This document shows, one piece after another, positions 34,272 to 46,522 of a stretch of 64,000 nucleotides of DNA. This DNA is from Psammoneis japonica (lineage: Eukaryota). Each line of letters starts with the position of its first letter. Position 1 is the first letter of the stretch. The stretch covers positions 1 to 64,000 of the forward strand of contig QPGO01000103.1 of assembly GCA_008632985.1 (NCBI GenBank), read 5' to 3'. Both the position numbers and the translations under genes were made by a program. Under the pieces are notes generated by a model. The model made no database searches and was not told the DNA's origin. It saw only the letters and a list, made by a program, of their open reading frames with translations.

Positions 34272-36575
34272 GTGGTTGTTCACAAAACGGTCGACGACGA
34301 CAACGCTCGAAAGCTAATGTCATGCCCACGAACTCCGCGTCAGCAGAACGTCTTGTTCGAATTGAATGCAACCTCAGAAGAGCTACATGTTGGAACCAAC
34401 ACAGACATATCCGCGGACGGAAAAAGGATCGCTGTTGCCAGCCAGCTCAAGGACGAAAGCGGCATTATTCGAGTATATCAAGACAATGGTAATGGACGGT
34501 GGGAAAAGCTTGGCGATGACATCCCCATTTATGGTAGACTGGGTCGGAACGCGAATAAAATGACCCCCATGTCGCTCTCGGGTGATGGAAAGATGTTGGC
34601 AGTATGTTCACACTATGCCGACGAAAAATCTGGAACTGGTAGAGTGGATGTATACAAGTACACAAAAAAAGGTACCTGGCACAGACGCGGCGGCCCTATT
34701 AAAGGAATTCGATCCGCTGAACGCTACATGCCAGTGTCGCTCAATTATTGGGGCTCTCGTTTGGCTGTTGGTACGAACTGGTCTATTGGGCGGGACAAAT
34801 GGCGTGGAGTTTTCCGTATATACATGCTGGAAGGTACTTGGAAGCCATTCGGCAATGACATTGTTTCAAACAAGTACACTACCTTTGGAATCGATGTTTC
34901 ACTTGCTCCCACCAGTAACCGTATAGCCGTGGCATCGTACACAGGACTTCATATTTTTGGCATCAACCGGGACAAAACAAAGTGGTTTCGCATTGGAAAC
35001 AAAATCGACGCTGACTTTGGCGGCGGACCAATTTCTCTTTCGAATGACGGGAGTGTTGCAGCCGTCCGAAATAGTGTCTACCGTTACAACAGAGGAAAGA
35101 AAAGATGGATTGGAACTACCTTTGATTTTCGCAATCAAGGAGATGAATTAACTAGCAGCTTGTCTGGGAACGGCAATCGCCTTCTCTTGGGCAGTCCAAG
35201 AGGCGGGAGGGCGCTACGCAATACCGGCACCGGTTACATTAGTGTTTTTGACTATGATGGAACCAAATGGTGTGAGATTATCAGGCGTCACTCTGGTCGA
35301 CAAGGCTCTAATTTTGGTTGGAGTGGAGCGCTTTCAAGTGACGGCCTTCGATATATCGCTAGTGCAATCGAACCGACAACAGACGATTCGTACATTCAAG
35401 TTTCTGACATTCAAGAGGAAGTAACATGCCCTGACCCTGGTACCACTCACAGTGTCAACCTGTTGTTTGAGACAAATTCCACAAACAGCGAAAAGCATCG
35501 TGGAGGTAGTGTCTCCATGTCTGCAGATGGAAAGAGGTTTGCAGCCCTAATCCAGTTACGGGATAACACTGGCTTTGTCCGAGTTTGGCATGAGCTCCGT
35601 GGCAATTGGAAGCAGCTTGGGCAAGATATTCCCATTGTTGGTAGAATGACGTTTGAGTCATGGCATGAAGTTTCTAAAGCACAAATCTCGCTTTCTGACA
35701 ATGGCGAGTATATTGCGGTTGCGTCCCCTTACTTTGACGAATCTGCATATAGGGGACAAGTCGATGTGTACAAATTTATTCAAAATGAATGGCGTAGACA
35801 TGGTGAGGCCCCGATTACAGGGATCCACTCACCCCGACACTGGGATTTGATTTCTGTCGATCTTTCTACGGACGGGTACCGCCTGTTGGTTTCCACAGAT
35901 ACCAACCAAAAAAACAGATTTGGATACTTTAATGGCTATGCTCGGGTGTACGACCTCAACAGGCAGTCAAACCATTGGGAGCAAATTGGAAAGGATATTG
36001 AGTCTGCTGAACCGGAAAAGAACATTTGGTTTGGCTGGCAGGCGTCTCTTTCACCCAGTGGAAAGAGGGTTGTTGTGGGATACAGCGATTTTCCTAACAA
36101 CTTTCCAACATATCGGTTCTTTGATTACAGTGACTCTTCTTGGAGGCAAGTGGGGAAAGATATTTTGGGTGGACCGGTTTCCCTATCATTCGATGGAAAT
36201 GTCGCAGTCAATGCTGCAAAAGTTTATCGGTATGACAACGTTAGCGATAATTGGATATCCATGTCCCTGCCGGGATTTTTCCATGATTTCATCAATGCCG
36301 TAGGTATCTCGGGAGATGCAGGAAGGGTTGTTGTAGGTGAGACACAATCTTTTCCTCACGGTCGAGTTCAAATCTTTGATTACAACGGTTCTCGCTGGTG
36401 CAAGGTAAAATCCCAGAAAGGGAGAAAGGAGCCTCAGTCCTTGTTTGGAACATTTGGACACAGCCTTGCAATGTCACGGGATGGAAAACGTTTTGTCGCG
36501 ACTGGCGGTCCCTTTGAAACTCAGGATGAAGGGTATTCCAGCTATGTTCGAGTGTATGAAATACGTTCAAAATGA
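34272..36575 (+). CDS. FG-GAP-like beta-propeller repeat protein with two tandem propeller units (5' end uncertain)
   Basis: Recurrent (F)GxxVSLSxDGxRxAV and GxVxVYxxxxxxWxxxGxDI motifs. Two similar ~370-aa halves begin NVLFE and NLLFE. Confidence 0.8.
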   Translation: MVVHKTVDDDNARKLMSCPRTPRQQNVLFELNATSEELHVGTNTDISADGKRIAVASQLKDESGIIRVYQDNGNGRWEKLGDDIPIYGRLGRNANKMTPMSLSGDGKMLAVCSHYADEKSGTGRVDVYKYTKKGTWHRRGGPIKGIRSAERYMPVSLNYWGSRLAVGTNWSIGRDKWRGVFRIYMLEGTWKPFGNDIVSNKYTTFGIDVSLAPTSNRIAVASYTGLHIFGINRDKTKWFRIGNKIDADFGGGPISLSNDGSVAAVRNSVYRYNRGKKRWIGTTFDFRNQGDELTSSLSGNGNRLLLGSPRGGRALRNTGTGYISVFDYDGTKWCEIIRRHSGRQGSNFGWSGALSSDGLRYIASAIEPTTDDSYIQVSDIQEEVTCPDPGTTHSVNLLFETNSTNSEKHRGGSVSMSADGKRFAALIQLRDNTGFVRVWHELRGNWKQLGQDIPIVGRMTFESWHEVSKAQISLSDNGEYIAVASPYFDESAYRGQVDVYKFIQNEWRRHGEAPITGIHSPRHWDLISVDLSTDGYRLLVSTDTNQKNRFGYFNGYARVYDLNRQSNHWEQIGKDIESAEPEKNIWFGWQASLSPSGKRVVVGYSDFPNNFPTYRFFDYSDSSWRQVGKDILGGPVSLSFDGNVAVNAAKVYRYDNVSDNWISMSLPGFFHDFINAVGISGDAGRVVVGETQSFPHGRVQIFDYNGSRWCKVKSQKGRKEPQSLFGTFGHSLAMSRDGKRFVATGGPFETQDEGYSSYVRVYEIRSK

Positions 36576-36965
36576 CGAGACCAGGATACCGTGGCATTTG
36601 TGTGTACCGGTGGAAGTTCAAGCTGCAGCGCCAGTGAGACAGGCCTACTTTCTCTTTACAGTACAGAAATAGAGAGTAGAGCGCTCTCTCTGTGTGTGTG
36701 TGTTTGTGTACTTTTAGAGAGTATCACATTGGTGGACGTGTAGCCACCTGTGCTTAGAGAGGAGAGAGGACTGTAGTTGTAGCTACTCTCTGCTGGTGAC
36801 TAGATAAGAGTCTCTCTATCGGACTCGGACCCCTCTGATGAGAAAAGACCAGTCGTAAATAAGAATCGTTATTTAGAAAAGGCATGATAACCCCGAGTGT
36901 ATGAATTGGGTTAAAAGTGAGTCTCTGTGCTGTCTCTAAATCATGTGTCTCCTGTTGTGAATAGA

Positions 36966-37400
36966 TCAAGCAGCTTTATGCTTTTCATGCGAGGTTTCTC
37001 TTTTATCCTTGACGAGTAATGGAAAAAGACCATACACAAGTTGCCCGCAAATGCCAATTCGTTTTGGCAGTGATGTTGGAATCATGACTTGTTCGACAGA
37101 CTCTTGGAGTGTGTTGCCCAACAGCAGAACGCACATTGTAATTTCCCACTGCAAGAGAAATAAAAATGCAGCAGTGCCCATGACAAGACAATCTTCTGGA
37201 TCAACGTTATATCTTGAAATGGTCCATTTGGCAGACATCCAGAAATTGACAGAATCACGGGCATTTCCAAGAGGACCGCCAAGAGCTCTCCAAATTGAGG
37301 CTCAGAATCAGAGTTCGAATCACTCCCAAAACAAACCTGCACCAAATGCAAGCAGCGAGACACAAATGCAGACAGGAGAGCTGTGGCAATGAATGATGGC
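36966..37400 (-). CDS. Small multi-TM membrane protein, frameshifted
   Basis: MPSFIATALLS...EPQFGELLAVLLEMPVILSIS (ORF 37082..37498) continues as MSAKWTISRY...MGTAAFLFLLQWE...GQLVYGLFPLLV (ORF 36966..37238). Confidence 0.5.
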
Positions 37401-37833
37401 ATTGTAGTAGTAGATGCGGGGTGCGTTTTTGTCATGTTGCAGCCGAGCAAAATTGAAATTGTGAGCTTTCTCTGTCGTTCTTGGGCTTCGCATTCCATGA
37501 CTACTTTTTGCTAACTAAATTTTTATTTATAACATTAAATCAACCAAATAATATATTATTTATGATCAACTCCAGTATGATAATATGAAATAACTTATAT
37601 AACATCCGATAAACTAAAAATAGTTCCATCCGTTGGATGACGTATTGACGGAATCTGAGGTCACTCTGCTTTTCACGGAGGTTTTTCTGTGCGCTTTTTG
37701 CTTGCGCTTGTGGTGTTTGGTGGTCATTGTTGTGTCACCGTGAGGCTGACATTACTCACTTGTGAGTTCGTCTCTTGTCTCCATCAGGAGCATAATCTGT
37801 TCTTTATTGCAGTCAGGATCCCATTGAGTCGTC

Positions 37834-40800
37834 ATGTTGTCTTGGGCGAGTCAACAGATTGAAAAAATCTCCGAAAAAGTCGCTCCTCCTCCGCAAGACG
37901 CGGCGGTCGCTATGTCTATGCCATGCAACGCAAGGACGAGAGGGAGCTCTTTGGCTCTGGATGAAATGCCCGATGCGGCTCATGCGTGGTTCAAAGCGCC
38001 AAGGGTTCCACGGCACTCCATGTCGCGTGTCAAGCCTGTAGTGCCGGGTCATTCGGCATTTGCTCACTCAAGTCGGTGCGAGTCTGCAAGCGCTGGATAA
38101 TTTTGGAAACACTCCGTTGCACTATGCGTGCATGTCTACCGATAAACAAGCCGTCACGGTGGTCAAGATGCTAGTGACGGAATTGGAGCGAGTGTTGTGG
38201 TAAAGAATGGCGAAAACAAGACGCCGTATGACCTGGCGGCTGTGGATGGAGTGAGGCAGTATCTACTGCCCCTGCAACTTCAGCAGGAAACGCAACATGC
38301 GTTGGACAATGGCGGAGTGGGATTGCCACCGGGTATTGATTTGGGTGGGTTGCGTATCAACAGAGCCAATGTGGCACCACCACCCATTATGGGAGGAGGA
38401 GGAGGGTATTCCTCTGCTCCTCCAACGGCTTCTTCTTCTCCAGCTACTCCTTATCAGGTGCAGCAACAGGCAAACATGCTGACCACTCCTCCCCGACAGC
38501 TGCTGCTACTGCGAAACCACCTACGGCGCCTTCTTCTGGAAATCGAGAGTATGCACGCTCAGGATCTTCTTCGGCTGCCGTTATACGGGCGGAGCCTACA
38601 AGCCGGATGGCTTTCATTCGTCGAGTTCAGACCGGAATTTGCAGAAATTGTACAATCACGCCGACACGTCTCGTGCCATGAATGTGGCTCCACCTCCCCG
38701 ATCGGGCAATTCGGCACCCACCTCCTTGGCCAGTACGGGGGGTCTTGGCCGTCTGAGCAGTGTGGGCGGTATCCCGTCTATGACGCTGTTTCGGGAAGAA
38801 CCACATCGGGAGGAAGTATTGGAGGAGGAGCGCCGTCTTCGCTAGGGGCCTACCCGACAGCTACGCCACCTCACAGTGGTAATGTCTTTAATCCGGTGGC
38901 TGTGAATCCAGCGTTTGCTGCACCTGCGGCAGCAACGGCACCCGTGGCTGCACCAGCGCCAGCCTCTCAGGGTAGTACTAGTCAGCCCGAGCCTTTGGGA
39001 GATTTGCCCGAGGGTTGGACACAAATGGCGGATCCTGCGAGTGGTCGAACCTATTATTACAATGCGGCACAAAATTTGACAACCTGGGATCGACCCCAAG
39101 CTGCGCCGCCTACCGGCTTGCCCGAGGGATGGACCGAGGCCATGGACCCAGCGAGCGGTCGGTCCTACTTTGTGAATGCTGCGCAGGGCATTACGACATG
39201 GGAGCGACCAACGGGTGCTACTGCTGCTACTACTGCTGCCATGAAACAAGACAGAAAGTACCGCGACTGCTGAAACAAAGACGGAAAGTGCCGCTACCGA
39301 AGAGCCAATGGCGGATGCGAAGCCAGAAGAACCTGCAGCATCTACGGAAATGGCGTCAGAATCAAAGCCTGAAGAACCAGCCACGGCTGCGGAACCAACG
39401 GCAGAGTCAGACGTCAAGCCAGAAGAACCCGAGGCAACAAAGGAAACAACTACAGAACCCGAGGCAACAAAGGAAGAGAGCAAGAGTAGTGCACCACCAA
39501 GCAATGGACTACCAGATGGCTGGACTGAAGTTATGGATCCCGCTAGTGGTCGTCCCTACTTTGTCAATGCGGCGCAGAACGTAACCACATGGGAACGGCC
39601 GACTGTTACTCCAGCGAGCGAGCCTACAGCTGCTCCTGAACAAAAGGTCGAAAAGACTCAAAGCTCAGAGGACGTTTTTGCTACCCCTCCTGCTGCAGAA
39701 AAGGAGGAAAGTGCGGAAACAAATGATGTGGCAGCTGTTGTTTCCACAGACACTGCTAAAAAGAGCAAAAGCGCAGAAGATTTGTTTGCGACTCCTCATG
39801 TTGCTGAAAAGAAGGAAAGCCCAGAGGATTGGTTTGTGGTTTCTCAGAATACCGAGAAGGAATATTCAGAAAAGAAGGATGAAGAGCCCAAGGTGGAGCC
39901 CGAACCGGAAAAGGAGCCTGTTGTAGAGACTACACAGACAGAAGACGCGAAAGACTCGGTTACAGAGAATGCTAGTGATGTAGTGGACAAAACAGAGCCA
40001 TCTGCTGCAGAAGCCTTGCCTGAAGGATGGGTGGAAGCTACAGATCCAGCGAGTGGCCGCATATATTATCACAATGCAGCTCAAAACATCACGACGTGGG
40101 AACGACCTCCTAATCTTCCCGAGGGTTGGGCCGAAGTTATAGATCCTGCCAGTGGACGACCTTACTATGTGAATGCGGCTCAAAACATCACATCATGGGA
40201 ACGCCCCAGTGCTCCGCCAATGCCGGCGCAGCAACCAGTTTCGAATGTTGCATCTGTAAGTTCGACTGCCAGTGCCGAAGAATTGTTTGCTAATCCTTCT
40301 CCGACAAAACCCGCAAGAGAAGAACCGAATTTGACCACTAGTAACACGGATGAACAGCCATGCCAAAGATGAGATCAATCACCGATGATACCGCCATGAC
40401 ATCATCCTCGACAGCCGCCGAGCTCTTTGCGTCACCTGCCGCGGCGGCTGCGAGTAATCAGCCAGCTATAAATGGCGCTGCTGACGAAGTAACGAACTCA
40501 TCTAGCAACACTTCGTCAGCGGCTGAACCTACAGCCGAAAGCAGCACCGCCGCAACACCAGCGACCGCGGTAAAGAATGAAAATGCCGTTGGTGACTCTC
40601 CAGAAGAAATGAGTGAAGTACCACTGGACGCGGCACCGGATGCAAAGGTGGCAAAGGAGACGACGCAGGAAACAAATGGTGTGGGCGATTCTTTTGAAGA
40701 AATGAGCGAAGTGCCACTAGACGAGACCCCGACGGTGAAGCGAGAACCATTCACGCAGGAATCATCGACGACGGGGGCGACTAACAATGGTGAGACCGAC

Positions 40801-40857
40801 TCATCCTTATTCTCTGCCATTGGACTCCCGCCGCCGCCGTTTCGATCTGGACAGTAA
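37834..40857 (+). CDS. Ankyrin-repeat + five WW-domain protein, broken by several indels
   Basis: Ankyrin GSTALHVACQ, TPLHYA and KNGENKTPYDLA. Five LP(E/D)GWxxxxDPASGRxY(Y/F)xNAAQxxT(T/S)W(D/E)RP motifs. Acidic low-complexity linkers. Ends IGLPPPPFRSGQ. Confidence 0.8.
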
Positions 40858-41230
40858 ATTACACTCGAGTTATTAGAGAAAATTTGTTATTTTGATCTCT
40901 ACTTCCATTGAGTGTCGTTTGCCATCCTTCTGCTGGAGTCAGTCTTTCAATTTTCGAAATTACACATTCCAACGGAAATGTGCTATGGACGAAAAATTCA
41001 CACTATCCAGCTTGAGTACTTTCTCTCGTATAAATTTATTCATAGTCTAAGTTTGAATAACTTATACTATCGAATTTGAGAGGTTTCTCTCATAATGCTC
41101 ACAGTATGTAATCTACATGACAAGAGCAAAACTGAGTTCGGGTACCTGGTGGAAGGCCTGAGACTTGACATGCCCATAGCGCAACGCTGCACGTTTCATT
41201 GCCGGCTTAGGTGTCGTATTAGTGACCGTA

Positions 41231-43015
41231 ATGACAATGTTGATTCGCTTGATTCTCTCTCTGCTCTCGGAGTTGGAATTGTTCATGCGCAGCAATGTAA
41301 TATCTGTGGAGACGGCAAGGTGATTGGCAATGGGTAAGAAACAGGTTGGGGACACCAGTGGAATGATCGGAAATAGACCTTCACTGAACTTGCCGATCCT
41401 TTGCTTTGCTCTCTTGAACCGTTTAATAGACAAGGACGGGTGACGAGCCCAATCTCGGGACTCGAGGTTTCGTGTACCTTGCTCCAGGGCATTGGTGCGG
41501 CTGGTGGCATCAGCACCGAAGATTGCGCTGCTTTGCCCGACGAAACGACGGAGCCTTGCGAATGTCAGGATCCTTGCACCGTTTGTGGTGAAGGATCCAC
41601 CATTGGAAATCCGTGAGTGTTGAAGTATTTCGTTTAAACACCTCATTTGAAGTGACTCGCAGCACTGATTTCGTTGTTTTGAACTCATTTCACCTCCATA
41701 CAGGGAAGGGGAAATCGATATTCCCGACCTTGGAACATTTGAGTGCGCCGTCGTTGATGCCTCCTTGCGGCTAGGAGGCATTTTAGTCGACCCTGAGGTG
41801 TGTGACACTCTTCCTTCGCTTGCGGACGACTGTGAGTGTTCCGAAGTCCCATCTGCTCCTCCGACGGCTGCACCAACGATGGTTCCTTCTGCAGCGCCGA
41901 CCGTACAAACGAATGATACTTCGGCTGCCCCGACTGGATCGGTACCCACTTCGGAAGCTCCCACCGCATCTCCGCCTTCCGCGGCCCCTACTGTCGTCCT
42001 TTTGACAATGGCACCCAGTGTGGCCACTGAGGCACCTACAGCGACTCCGTTGCAGGAGATTTGCAACATTTGCGGAGATGGTTTGGTGATTGGAGATCCG
42101 TAAGGAATCATTGAATGATGTGCTTGCTTCACCTCTTTAGCTTCATCTTACACTTTCTACCTTTTTACTGTTTATTCCCGTGTAAAAAACAGTCTAGGCA
42201 TGGTGGAAAACCCAGAAACGGGAACCACGTTTTCATGCGTCGCGCTCCAAGGTATCGCCACAGCTGGAGGTGTTTCGGCCGATGAGTGTGGAGATTTGCC
42301 TGATGCCACGGCCGAACCGTGCGATTGTCAAGAGCCATGCAGCATCTGCGGTGAAAACGCAATCGTGGGAAATCCGTGAGTTTTCTTATCCGCTTCTTCT
42401 TTGTCAAAGCCACCTGTCCTCGTGCACCACTTTAATTTGGATTGTATCATTGCTTTTTTCTTTCTTCTTAGCAATGGACAGGTGACCGTTCCCGACCAAG
42501 GCACATTCAGGTGCGGCAATCTTCAAGCCACACTCGATGCAGGCCTCCTGGTATTGGATCCTGATGTATGTGCCTCGATTCCTCCTGCTGCTGATGACTG
42601 CGAGTGTATTGTGCTCTCCTTGGCGCCCAGCACATCACCCGCTCCTTCGTCGGTACCGAGTGTAACACCTACGGAGTCGCCGGTACCGAGCGCTGCTGCG
42701 ACGTCGTCAGCACCGAGTGCTGCTGCGACGTCGTCGGCGCCGAGCGCTGCTGCCACATCGTCGGCGCCAAGTAGTACATCTACACCAACCTCCTCTTCGG
42801 CTCCGAGTGCTACTCCAGAAACATCGCAGCCGACCACCACAGCAAATGTGGGGACACCGCAACCTTCTCGTTCGTCCACGCCACGACCTACGTTTGCGGC
42901 CACAGAACCTGAGTCGGCCTCTCCGACTCAGTCCTCTGCTCCTTTCTCCAGTCATATGTGCGGAGCTATCAAGGTGGCTATGCTTTCGCTGTCCTTTTGC
43001 TTATGGGTTCAGTAA
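41231..43015 (+). CDS. Secreted/cell-surface protein with four Cys-rich repeats, Ser/Thr/Pro stalks and hydrophobic C-terminus; 5 exons
   Basis: Signal peptide (with a 1-nt slip in a CT run). Repeats C-x-(I/V)-C-G(D/E)..IG(N/D)P...C...C...C-E-C, each split by a GT-AG intron (~41334, 41612, 42099, 42376). APS/APT stalks and a 3x SAAATSSAP repeat. Confidence 0.8.
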
Positions 43016-43160
43016 ACTGTGATGGAGGAGTTTAAAAGGACAGTAGAAGTAGATTGCGTTAAAATTGTACGGCTTCTAAATAATGTCTTTTGTTAACGAG
43101 GGAAACTGCAAGTCTAAATGATCGTACGCGCTATCGATTTCCACACCTTTGATTAAGTGC

Positions 43161-44790
43161 TTACAAACTACCTTCCTCAAGCCATCGCACCAACTCGTCG
43201 ACAGTCTGGTCGGCCTGGGCGTAAAGTAAATTGTCTCTAGCAGTGTCAGCACCTAGAAGGTCTTCTGCACGAGAGGCTACATCCAATGGCGGAGCCAACA
43301 GGGGAGTAGCATGGCCCCCTTCCACTATTCGTCGTTGCAAATCAATGTCCATCATGGGTCTTTTCATTCGGGTCACCTTCTCCGCTTCTACCAAGAGTTC
43401 TTCTAACTCTTCTGATTCGTCCAAGCCATCGTTTTGATATTGCAAGATTAGCGTCCGTCGAGCACGGTAGGCCCGACGTGCCGCAGCACGGACTGATGAC
43501 GGTGGAGGAATAAAATCACGAGCGCCATCGGCAACCTGCACAATCTCAACATCATAAATTTGTTAGATTATCGGACAGACGAAACAGCTAGGATCGATAT
43601 ATTTCACGGCAACACTTAAGAAGTTCTCACCTCTTCGACAAGCATGTGAATTTGCTCTAATGTTCCCACCAGTTGATTCATGAACGGCAGCACCCCTGCA
43701 CTAGAAAGAGCTGCCGACGACGGTTCCACAACTGTAGAAAAAGCATCTCGAAGCGACGGAGGAATCGATATTCTATCGGTCGGAATGAGGTCAGAAGGAA
43801 GGACGAATTTCGATACTCGTTTCAAAAGGTCGTCTGACGGCAAATCCCCTGCAAAAGCGACAAATGAATATTTCTTTGTGAGTACGCAAATCACCAATCG
43901 GAACTTAATCCACAGAGGCAAAACCAAATAATAGTCTCCCAACATTTCCAAATCCAGAACGAAATCCATCATAGTCAAACCCTACCTTCAGTGGCGGATC
44001 GGGCTAGTTGTAAAGCCAGATTTAAGGCTTCCGTCCCGCTGGGATATGTCTGATTTCTGGCGGACATTGCGATAAAAAGTGGAGCAAATACCTCTTCAAA
44101 GAATGGCACAGCTTCCTTGACGGGCTTGTTGTTAAAGCTCAATAAGGCATTGGCTGCTCGAGGAGTGTCGGGGAAAAGACTGGTTATAAGAAGCTGCAAC
44201 AAAGCACCGCAAGAATGACCAACTCCCACAACGGGGACTGCGCCGTATTGTTTCGCCAGCATTGGAGCGATACGTTCAAACCGATTAATGACAGCATCAC
44301 ATGTATTGAGGTGATCAAAAGATAAGTTGTACGGCGTTGCCACTACCAAGTATCCCTGTTCCGCCAATCGTTCGAGAACATATCGATAGGAAATATGAGG
44401 CGCAGCTCCCACCAGGGCACCGCCAAGGAAATGCAACAAAGCACGTGGTTGACCGACTTCGACGGGTGGTCTCAAAATAAAGTTTCCATTGAGCTCTTCC
44501 CATCGTCCCAACGCTCCACTTGATTTTCTTCCTTCTTCCTCCTCAACAGGTGTTTCTTGTGCCTCGCTGACTGCGTCGGCCATTCCGAGCTGACTGCGCC
44601 ATTGGCCGTCGTGGCTCCCTGAAAATGCAACTCGTCGAGACTGGTCCTCCTGTCGAAAGCTGGATCTGGTTGGTCTGCTTGCGGATGAAAATGCAGACAC
44701 AGATTGAAACAAACAAAAAACCGACTGGCTTATGAAAAACGAAATCAGCAGAGGACCTGCTAGTTTCAAAAATTGTTGTTTACCCATCAT
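43161..44790 (-). CDS. DUF1350 alpha/beta-hydrolase-like protein, probably plastid-targeted, 3 exons
   Basis: ALLHFLGGALVGAAPHISYRYVLERLAEQGYLVVATPY, GVGHSCGA, LLSFNNK, GGHATP. Signal peptide followed by VSA-FSS transit-like sequence. Confidence 0.85.
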
Positions 44791-45426
44791 ATTCCCTTTT
44801 CTTTCCAATGTAGACTCGCTTGGCACTATTTGGTTGAAATTCAAAATCGAATCAAAATTCTAAGAGTTGACGGAGAGTATCAACGGATTAGTCACTGAGA
44901 ATAGTTTAAAAATCAAGTCGAAGGTTAGCACCGCAACAACTGCGCAAGACTTGCTCATCGACTTGGTATGCGAAAAGAAGTTCACCAGCGAAGAACACGT
45001 CAACATGAACACATGCCGTGCTCATTGCGTGTTGTGTTGCGGTTGGCAATGAGCCAACAAAAGCGCGCACTCTTTGATGAGTCAGTCACTCATTTTTCAG
45101 TCGAACTAGTCAATGATGAAACGATGGCCAGACCAAAAAATACCGCAGAGGATTTGGAGAGATTTGCAGTGTTTTCTGTGAAAATGGTGTTGTGCACCTG
45201 TTTTGGCAGTTTTGAGGAAAAAATGTCAGGCAGAGTAGGCGCACGATAAAAAAAAAAGGGCGGGAAGCCGAAGCGATGGCATTGACATCACAAACATCCG
45301 CGAATCTCAATCCCCGCTACGACTCACTTTCGCTGCATCTTCTCGTCTTTGGAGTGTACCAATCAACAAGTTGAAAGCGTATCACATTTGAAATTCGAAT
45401 CCACAGGGAAAATCTTGAAGAACAAG

Positions 45427-46385
45427 ATGGACGAAAGAAAATATAAAATCTTGTCGACGATGATGGAAGAAAAGAAGTTCCCACCCCATTGGGGAAGGCC
45501 ACCGCAAGTTCAGGTGAGCAAAAGTGTTCTCGTATTCTTCACTGACACGAATCACCGCTTCTTTTCTCTGAATTCTTCTCATACTCTTACTGTTCGCGCA
45601 CTAGAATATGGACTTGGTGAGCCTTCCGGGAGGATACGGACAAGGGTCGTCTACTGTCGGATCGTGGATTCAGGCCAAGATGCACGAAGATGAAATGATG
45701 GCTGAACTGAATTTGGTCTTTAGTGATCCGTGGTTCTCGTGGTGGATTGAAAACATTGCGTGGCTTATTTTTGTAGGGCTCACAATCTTTCTCAAACGCA
45801 GAAGCCTGCAACGTGGTGAGTAATCGAGCAGTACTCTGTTCGCACGACTAACTGATGAGGCTTGACACTCATTCATTTTCCTTGTTAAAAGGTGGGTATA
45901 TGTACCAGTATGATAAGAGTTGCGTTGACAAGGAAGTATATAACCGCCGCAGACGCCTACGAGACACTCTGAATGATCCAGTGCTGGTCAGACACTGGGA
46001 GAAGAAGATGGAGTACACACTAGGCAGTGTTGAATTGGCCAAACAAGAAATCCAGACATGGAGAGAAACCGTGCAACGTTGGGAACAAGGAGAAGACGAT
46101 GAGCACAAGGAAGCCAACTTTATTCGTAGGCGTGGCAAGGTTATTGTTCCGTCACTTAGGGTTATCAAGTTCCTGTTGGTAGCGCCGTTTTTCTACTGCT
46201 CGTTTGTATTTCTGGACCGAGACACGATTCGCATGTACGTGACCTTTGTTTTGGCTCATTTTGTTGACAATTGGTTGATTGAAAGAAAGTTTCGAGACAT
46301 GCGACGAAGAAGCAAGCGCTCCAAGAACGTGGCAGTTGTTGCAGCTATTGGAATCCCGGCGGCAGAACCAGTATCGATAGTTTGA
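45427..46385 (+). CDS. Membrane protein of unknown function, 3 exons
   Basis: FPPHWGRPPQVQ|..DLVSLPGGYGQGSSTVGSWIQ, TM segments, GT-AG introns near 45514-45604 and 45817-45891. Confidence 0.6.
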
Positions 46386-46522
46386 GATGCCCCAGCGTTG
46401 GTATCGATCAGCTACGGTACAACTGGCGCCACACTTACACATAAAAAGTACATCCCCGTGGTTTTTTTATTATTAGCAAGAGTCTATTTGATGGTATGGT
46501 CTTGTAAAGTCTTTTTTGCTGT

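Noticed and set aside
41113..42132. 339-aa minus-strand ORF
   Set aside because: It is the antisense shadow of the plus-strand Pro/Ser/Thr-rich surface protein, which has clear splice sites.
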